From the IMG/VR virus record IMGVR_UViG_3300037067_006336, positions 1-64,000 of that record: 64,000 nucleotides of DNA. The stretch is one strand, 5' to 3'. Numbering within the stretch: position 1 is the first letter of the stretch; the number at the start of each line of letters is the position of its first letter. The stretch comes from a virus. Its lineage: Duplodnaviria; Caudoviricetes. Shown here in pieces: positions 58,523 through 64,000 of this stretch. Under the pieces are notes generated by a model. That model did not search any database, was not told where the DNA came from, and was given only the letters and a program-made list of their open reading frames with translations. A program made the position numbers and the translations under genes.

Positions 58523-58762
58523 TTTTTAAATTACTATTACCGGGAACACCCCGTTACTTATGTACCCGTACGATTAAAAAAGATATGGTAAAAATACATA
58601 TGTTACCTGGAAATATCATTTCAATGCCCCATTGATATGCTTTTATCAATCCAACCTTGATTATTTATTAAAAAATAAAGGGTATTCTCGTTATTCCAGG
58701 ATATACAAGGTGTGGGGATGTTAAATCCATCTAAAGATAATTTTGAACTAAAAATTAAAATC

Positions 58763-59578
58763 ATGAAAAAATACATACTTGCAACATCTTTAAACTCGGG
58801 GTTTGCCGAGGATGGAGAAGATTTGTTATCTAGCGATGAACAAACTGAAATGTTTAATGAAATCGTGTATCAATCACTCGAAAAGAGTAACTTAAACTGG
58901 AATAAATACTCCAATCTTATTGATACAGTTGCAAAGAAAATTGTCACAAGGTTAAATGGGAAAACACGTAATAAAAATGGAATTTATCATACTTGTAAAT
59001 GTTTTAACGACAAGACAAAAACAATAAAAAGAAATGTTCCTGATAGGTTGAACATATCAGGGTGTAAATCTCGTGAAATATTTACCCTGGCGAAACAGGG
59101 TTACTGTCCAAAAGCTGATTTACATCTAAATAATAAACTAACGCTTGATAACTATATCAAAATAAATAAATTCATTGATTCTGAAGTAAAAATTAACCAG
59201 TCAATTACTGGTTTAACTATTAATGATCTTAAAAAGGCTTTAAATGAAAGAGGTTATTTAATTGAATCAAATACGTGTTCAGGTAGTGGGTCGCAGTACG
59301 TATGGTTATCGAAAATCGGTTCTGATGAACTTGAATTCGGTGTACGTATATCGGACCATTCACTTAATGATAATAACTATCTTGGTGCAGGGGTAGTGAA
59401 TTTTTACGAGGTGGTTCCAAACGATAGTTTTATTGAAGACACACTTACCTTAATTACAGAATACGAAAAACTTAAATCTGAATATGGTAACGTGTATAGC
59501 GGGTGGGTATGGTCTGAAAGATCAATATATGATATGAATTCCATACAAGATGAACCGGAGTTTTATTTTAAATTATGA
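58763..59578 (+). CDS. AT-rich hypothetical protein (C-terminal S.Y...RISDH motif)
   Basis: Likely start MKKYIL at 58763; opposite strand to neighbours, AT-rich codons. Confidence 0.75.
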   Translation: MKKYILATSLNSGFAEDGEDLLSSDEQTEMFNEIVYQSLEKSNLNWNKYSNLIDTVAKKIVTRLNGKTRNKNGIYHTCKCFNDKTKTIKRNVPDRLNISGCKSREIFTLAKQGYCPKADLHLNNKLTLDNYIKINKFIDSEVKINQSITGLTINDLKKALNERGYLIESNTCSGSGSQYVWLSKIGSDELEFGVRISDHSLNDNNYLGAGVVNFYEVVPNDSFIEDTLTLITEYEKLKSEYGNVYSGWVWSERSIYDMNSIQDEPEFYFKL

Positions 59579-59682
59579 AAATAAAGGAAATAAAAGCAAC
59601 ATTATTGAAACAAAGTTAACAGTAATGACGTAAAAGATAATATAATTACCAGGAAAGTTAAATTAAAGAAAGGGAAATTACC

Positions 59683-59868
59683 ATGAAAACAATGATAGTA
59701 ACATCGAGAATCTTAATGTCTGCCGCTCGTGCCTTGAAGAATTGTTGGTTAGACATATCCGATACCATTCTAGGACTCGTGGTGATACTGATGGTATCCA
59801 CGTTCATCATGTCGTGGTGTGTTGACGGGTTTGACCGTTACGTGAGCAATTTCTTGTCAAGTTTTTAA
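59683..59868 (+). CDS. Small membrane protein
   Basis: 61 aa, one TM segment. Confidence 0.55.
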   Translation: MKTMIVTSRILMSAARALKNCWLDISDTILGLVVILMVSTFIMSWCVDGFDRYVSNFLSSF

Positions 59869-59888
59869 CACGGGAATGTATGATTGGT

Positions 59889-59938
59889 AAACAGGGAAAA
59901 GGGCGTTGGTTCAATACACAAACGCCCTTTTCCCGTTT
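59889..59938. terminator. Bidirectional terminator
   Basis: GGGAAAAGGGCGTT...AACGCCCTTTTCCC between convergent genes. Confidence 0.8.
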
Positions 59939-59949
59939 AAAATACCGTG

Positions 59950-60549
59950 TTAAACGTGGGAGGCTTGTATTCCCCTATCCTTGCAGAATCCAGCAACGTC
60001 GAAGTTAGGACAGGTCTTCTTGGATAGACGGTTGTGACCTATGACGATCAAACCAGGGACCACTTGTAACTGCATCCGTATGTACGATTCCAGCTCGTCT
60101 AGTTGATGAGGGGTGTAAAGGTCAGATGCTTTCAACCCCTTGCCATCCTTTACCTTCCCGTCCCTGGACCAACCACCTGCCAGGACGATATGCCTTGATT
60201 CAGAGTTGTACCCCTCGGCACCGTTCGTTACTTCCCTTGAATCTATGACGTTGTCGAACGTGTAAGGCACAAGGTTGAATAGTTGGCCGTTCCTGTTTAT
60301 CATGTCGGAGTAACCAACCTGTGACCACCCGCGCCCGGATACCTTGGATGCCTTGATTGATGTCCCTGAAGGTAGTAACATGTATTCCGACTCAAGTTTC
60401 GTGACGGGTACCTGTTTACCCTTGTAAATGATACTACCATCCCCTTTAGTCCTTGGTCCCGTGTGCCATTTCACGATGTCATCCATGGTAACCTGCATGT
60501 CGTAAGGCGTGTCGGTGCAATGCACGACGAGGTACTTCATCTTTCCCAT
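59950..60549 (-). CDS. N-acetylmuramoyl-L-alanine amidase endolysin (T7 lysozyme-like)
   Basis: VVHCTDT, GWSQVGY, GYN, GHN, KTCPNF. Confidence 0.9.
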   Translation of the reverse strand: MGKMKYLVVHCTDTPYDMQVTMDDIVKWHTGPRTKGDGSIIYKGKQVPVTKLESEYMLLPSGTSIKASKVSGRGWSQVGYSDMINRNGQLFNLVPYTFDNVIDSREVTNGAEGYNSESRHIVLAGGWSRDGKVKDGKGLKASDLYTPHQLDELESYIRMQLQVVPGLIVIGHNRLSKKTCPNFDVAGFCKDRGIQASHV

Positions 60550-60553
60550 TTTA

Positions 60554-60886
60554 TTATATTTTAGATTCTACCTTGTTAACTACATCATCCGCTATCTTTT
60601 CCTTGTTGTCCAGGAACTTCCTTATGACGGTTGACCCTATCAAACCCATGACTATGACCATTACCGCCGATAGCTTGGTATCTATACCGAACCCGTACGT
60701 TATCGCTATGCCGAGAGCGATTGATATCATGGAGTACAAGAAATCCTGGATGTAGTACTTCTTGTCTTTCAACTCCCGGTTCTTCATGATGTAATCGGCC
60801 AGTAACCGTATAACTGATGTTGATAACCCCAGGATGTACACCAGCCAGTACTCCTGTATCGATGCTTGTAATGTCGTTGTCCCCAT
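60554..60886 (-). CDS. Putative holin
   Basis: 110 aa, ~3 TM segments, adjacent to endolysin. Confidence 0.6.
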   Translation of the reverse strand: MGTTTLQASIQEYWLVYILGLSTSVIRLLADYIMKNRELKDKKYYIQDFLYSMISIALGIAITYGFGIDTKLSAVMVIVMGLIGSTVIRKFLDNKEKIADDVVNKVESKI

Positions 60887-60887
60887 A

Positions 60888-61484
60888 TTACATGTTATTT
60901 ATGTTATTAAACGTTACTTTACGCATTACCAGTAGCATCATGAACACGTTAGCTATCACCAGACTAACCACCGGGTCGTACAACGTGTTCAACATGATGA
61001 AACCACCAAGTACCGAACCCACTAGTATCCTTGGGTAATAATGTTTCAACTTCCCGACGTGGAACCTGGACCTCACGAAATCGTTGAACCCGACACCAGT
61101 CGAGTCCAGGTATGACAGGCAAACGTCCATGAACCTACCGTACCTATTAAGCTCGAACAGCATGTAGTAAGATGAAAGCGAGCATACCACAAGGGAGTAC
61201 CTGCTATCGAAACCGTTCATGTACTCGTGTATTATCAAGCACTGTAACGCCATGAGGAGCATTACCCTAAACGGGAATAGTGCAAGAACCCTTGGTATGG
61301 CGTTGAAAGCCTTGTAACCCTTCTCGTTTGTCATGGTTACAACGTTACCGATGTACTCCCCTATGGTGAAGAATACCTTGCTTGCCGTGAATAACAAGTA
61401 CGCGCTGGACAGGATGTTCATGAATATACAGAACGTCTCAAGGTTCAGGTATGTCATGCTAGTTGTCATCTTGATCCCCATCAT
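60888..61484 (-). CDS. Multi-pass membrane protein (lysis cassette)
   Basis: Several TM segments. Confidence 0.6.
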   Translation of the reverse strand: MMGIKMTTSMTYLNLETFCIFMNILSSAYLLFTASKVFFTIGEYIGNVVTMTNEKGYKAFNAIPRVLALFPFRVMLLMALQCLIIHEYMNGFDSRYSLVVCSLSSYYMLFELNRYGRFMDVCLSYLDSTGVGFNDFVRSRFHVGKLKHYYPRILVGSVLGGFIMLNTLYDPVVSLVIANVFMMLLVMRKVTFNNINNM

Positions 61485-61818
61485 CTTTCAGTTCATTAGA
61501 TAAATCTACACCGGTGTATTTCTTCAATACCTTGCCTACTATGATGTTGAAATTGTTGCCGACAACGTTGAACAACCTCGCGATGTGCTCGCTGCTGACA
61601 GCTACGAACAACCCTACCAGGAACGATAGTATGTTGCTTATGCCGCATATCTCCAGCATCAACATAACGCCACCGGTGAACACCACCATGGTAACCAGGT
61701 ATAATACCTTCCCCCTCCTCGATAACTTGTAACCGTTGGCTATCCGCCTCAAGTATTGCAAGTACCCAACCGCCAGCAGTATCACACTAAATACCAGGAA
61801 CTCACTCTTGCGTGTCAT
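61459..61818 (-). CDS. Putative holin/antiholin
   Basis: 119 aa, ~3 TM segments, layout similar to 60554..60886. Confidence 0.5.
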   Translation of the reverse strand: MTRKSEFLVFSVILLAVGYLQYLRRIANGYKLSRRGKVLYLVTMVVFTGGVMLMLEICGISNILSFLVGLFVAVSSEHIARLFNVVGNNFNIIVGKVLKKYTGVDLSNELKDDGDQDDN

Positions 61819-61872
61819 GTCTTGTCAAATTTTATGATTTATATACACGCTAGAACGAATCCCTGTTATTTG

Positions 61873-62247
61873 TCAGGCTTTCACCTTCGCCTGGTTAGCC
61901 AGGTAAACGAGGTGTTTGAACCTGGATACAACTTCATCGAACTTGGCGTTCAACGAGCTGAATGATGCGAACTCTGACTGGCATAACTCGGTTATGGAAA
62001 CCAGTTCCTCGCACATGACAACTATGTCGTTACCGGTGATGAATGACGCGGCGATACTGTTGGCCTCGATGTCACCGAACGTGACGATGCATTCCTCTGC
62101 TATCTCGTCCTGCGAGCTACTCAATGCCCATTGGGAATCACCCAGGAAATTGTGCTCCGCGGTATCTTTCGAGTTCCAGTGCATTTCCTTGAAACGGGTG
62201 ATGTAACCTTCCACATCCCGTAACCACTTGTGAATTGTTGAATCCAT
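61873..62247 (-). CDS. Ferritin/Dps-like protein
   Basis: HWNSK..AEH..L...DEIAE. Confidence 0.7.
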   Translation of the reverse strand: MDSTIHKWLRDVEGYITRFKEMHWNSKDTAEHNFLGDSQWALSSSQDEIAEECIVTFGDIEANSIAASFITGNDIVVMCEELVSITELCQSEFASFSSLNAKFDEVVSRFKHLVYLANQAKVKA

Positions 62248-62285
62248 GATTAATTGTTTTTAAATGTTAAAACCTGTAAACCTAT

Positions 62286-62687
62286 TTACGATTGTTGTTT
62301 CATGATACTCATGTTCCATGTACCTGTATCCATGGAGTACTTGTTAACGTGTTCACCGTTATCATCGAGTATGTTCACACTCACTAGTTCTGCCAGTGAC
62401 ATCGTTACCATGTGTTTAACCTTTGAACCGTTATCATCATGATGTTCGATTACCCTGAAAGCAACGAACACGTTAACCGTTGTATCGATGAGGTCTATGC
62501 CTTGACCATCCCCGATGTTACCTTGTAACCACTTGATCATGTCAACCTCGATAACCCTGATCGATATATCATCACTTGTATCGAATGGAGTTAATATTAT
62601 ATCGGTTGCATCGAACCCTGGTATACCGGTACAAACCTCGTTTATTAATTCCCTTAACGTTCCTGTCTTGATTACTGTTGCTTCCAT
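62286..62687 (-). CDS. Hypothetical protein
   Basis: 133-aa ORF. Confidence 0.65.
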   Translation of the reverse strand: MEATVIKTGTLRELINEVCTGIPGFDATDIILTPFDTSDDISIRVIEVDMIKWLQGNIGDGQGIDLIDTTVNVFVAFRVIEHHDDNGSKVKHMVTMSLAELVSVNILDDNGEHVNKYSMDTGTWNMSIMKQQS

Positions 62688-62699
62688 GATGTCTTGAAT

Positions 62700-63670
62700 A
62701 CTGTGTTTTACATGTTGTCTTGATTAACATGATATCATATATGTTTGATTGATCATGATGTACTTGGTGAATATATGTTTGATATCACATGTATGCTTAT
62801 ATATTCATGATGTATATTATGTGTTTATCATGATCGATGTATTGTGTATGTTAAATGTATCATGAAGTACTTGATATGTTGGTATGTATATGTTTGATAT
62901 CACATGTATGCTTATATGTTCATGATGTATATTATGTGTTTATCGATGTATTGTGTATGTTAAATGTATCATGAAGTACTTGATATGTTGGTATGTATAT
63001 GTTTGATATCACATGTATGCTTATATGTTCATGATGTACTTGATATGTATATTATCCCATGTTCGATGTAATATGTATGTTGAATGTATCATGATGTACT
63101 TGATAGTAGGTTTACAATGATCAATGTAATGTATGTTGAATGTATCATGAGGTAATTGGATATATGTTTATCATGTTATGAATATCATATGTATTTGATA
63201 GATCATGTTGTATAGTGTATGTTTGATATGATCGATGTAATGTGTATGTTGGTCGGATCATGATGTACGCAATGTGTGTTTGATGTATCATGTCATGCTT
63301 GATATGTATATGTTCGATATCACATGTGTACTTGTATGTTCATGATGTATGGTGTATATGTTTATCATGATACAAATAACATATGTATGCTTATCGATTC
63401 ATGATGTACTTGATATGTATATGTTGACAGATCATGATGTAATAAAAGTTATATGCTAATAGGTTAATGATGTACATGGTGAGTGATATTTTATTACATC
63501 ATGGTATACTTGTTATGTATATACTGTACATGATACCATAAGTGTATATGTTCGATACAATGTCTATGTTGAATGTATCATGATGTACTTGATAATAGGT
63601 TTATCATGTTGTATGTTCATGATGTACTTGAAATGTATATGATCGAATGTTTAATGATATACTTATTCGT
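62700..63670. repeat. ~1-kb non-coding degenerate array, core TCATGATGTACTTGAT
   Basis: 16 TCATGA by eye; ~110-115-bp near-exact tandem duplication 62773-63040; no ORF >=60 aa. Confidence 0.85.
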
Positions 63671-63673
63671 ATG

Positions 63674-64000
63674 TTATACATGTTTACTCGATAGCTTCAT
63701 TAACATCAATTCCTGCTTGACATGACTGTAGTAACACTTGCAAGCTAACGCGAATGAATCGATGACATCATTAACCTTCGATGTCTCGACAACCGGTAAT
63801 AGTTTTTTACCATCCCACATCTTGACGAATATATCACACATGTCATCCTTGCTAGAACCTCCATGAGATGAGAAGAAGTACTTGAGCTCTGATGCTGTTG
63901 GAGTGTCTAACCTAATGATGATATCGTTGGACAAACAGTACTCGATTATCTTGGACCTAACGAGTGCTTGTAATGATATCAAACCCCCAACGATCTTCAA
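63674..64000 (-). CDS. RuvC-like Holliday junction resolvase, C-terminal part (truncated by window edge)
   Basis: ELKYF..HGGSSKDDM...NDVIDSFAL. Confidence 0.65.
   Translation of the reverse strand: MKIVGGLISLQALVRSKIIEYCLSNDIIIRLDTPTASELKYFFSSHGGSSKDDMCDIFVKMWDGKKLLPVVETSKVNDVIDSFALACKCYYSHVKQELMLMKLSSKHV

Noticed and set aside
62700-63670. Hidden gene under stop-codon reassignment
   Set aside because: TAA, TAG and TGA all end well-packed genes in this window, and TAA stops are frequent in the array
63674-64000. TnpB/Cas12-type RuvC effector paired with the array
   Set aside because: The visible C-terminus matches a small resolvase and has no zinc ribbon; the N-terminus is outside the window, so this is not fully excluded

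Overview
Window from a large T4-like (contractile-tailed) phage genome, almost entirely on the - strand, standard code 11. A Bacteroidota-like host is inferred from A-rich, Shine-Dalgarno-free gene starts. Head module: portal, prohead protease, scaffold-like protein, major capsid, gp2, gp4, gp13, gp14 and a possible TerS. Tail module: sheath, tube, tape measure, baseplate proteins. Also present: a family-B DNA polymerase split into two non-adjacent genes, a sliding clamp, dUTPase, a C5 DNA methyltransferase, two sigma factors (RpoD-like and gp55-like), an amidase/holin lysis cassette and a truncated RuvC-like gene. Three unexplained structures stand out: (1) an AT-rich integron-like cassette array at ~1.08-3.14 kb, where each gene is bracketed by its own GTTA.../...TAAC inverted ends and separated by attC-like hairpins, with no integrase in the window; (2) dense TCATGA(TGTAC) arrays at 4.2-4.6 kb and 62.7-63.7 kb, plus a third TCATGA cluster inside coding sequence at 11.4-12.5 kb; (3) a GC-rich structured RNA candidate at ~36.85-36.97 kb. 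All calls are motif recognition by eye; no database searches were run.
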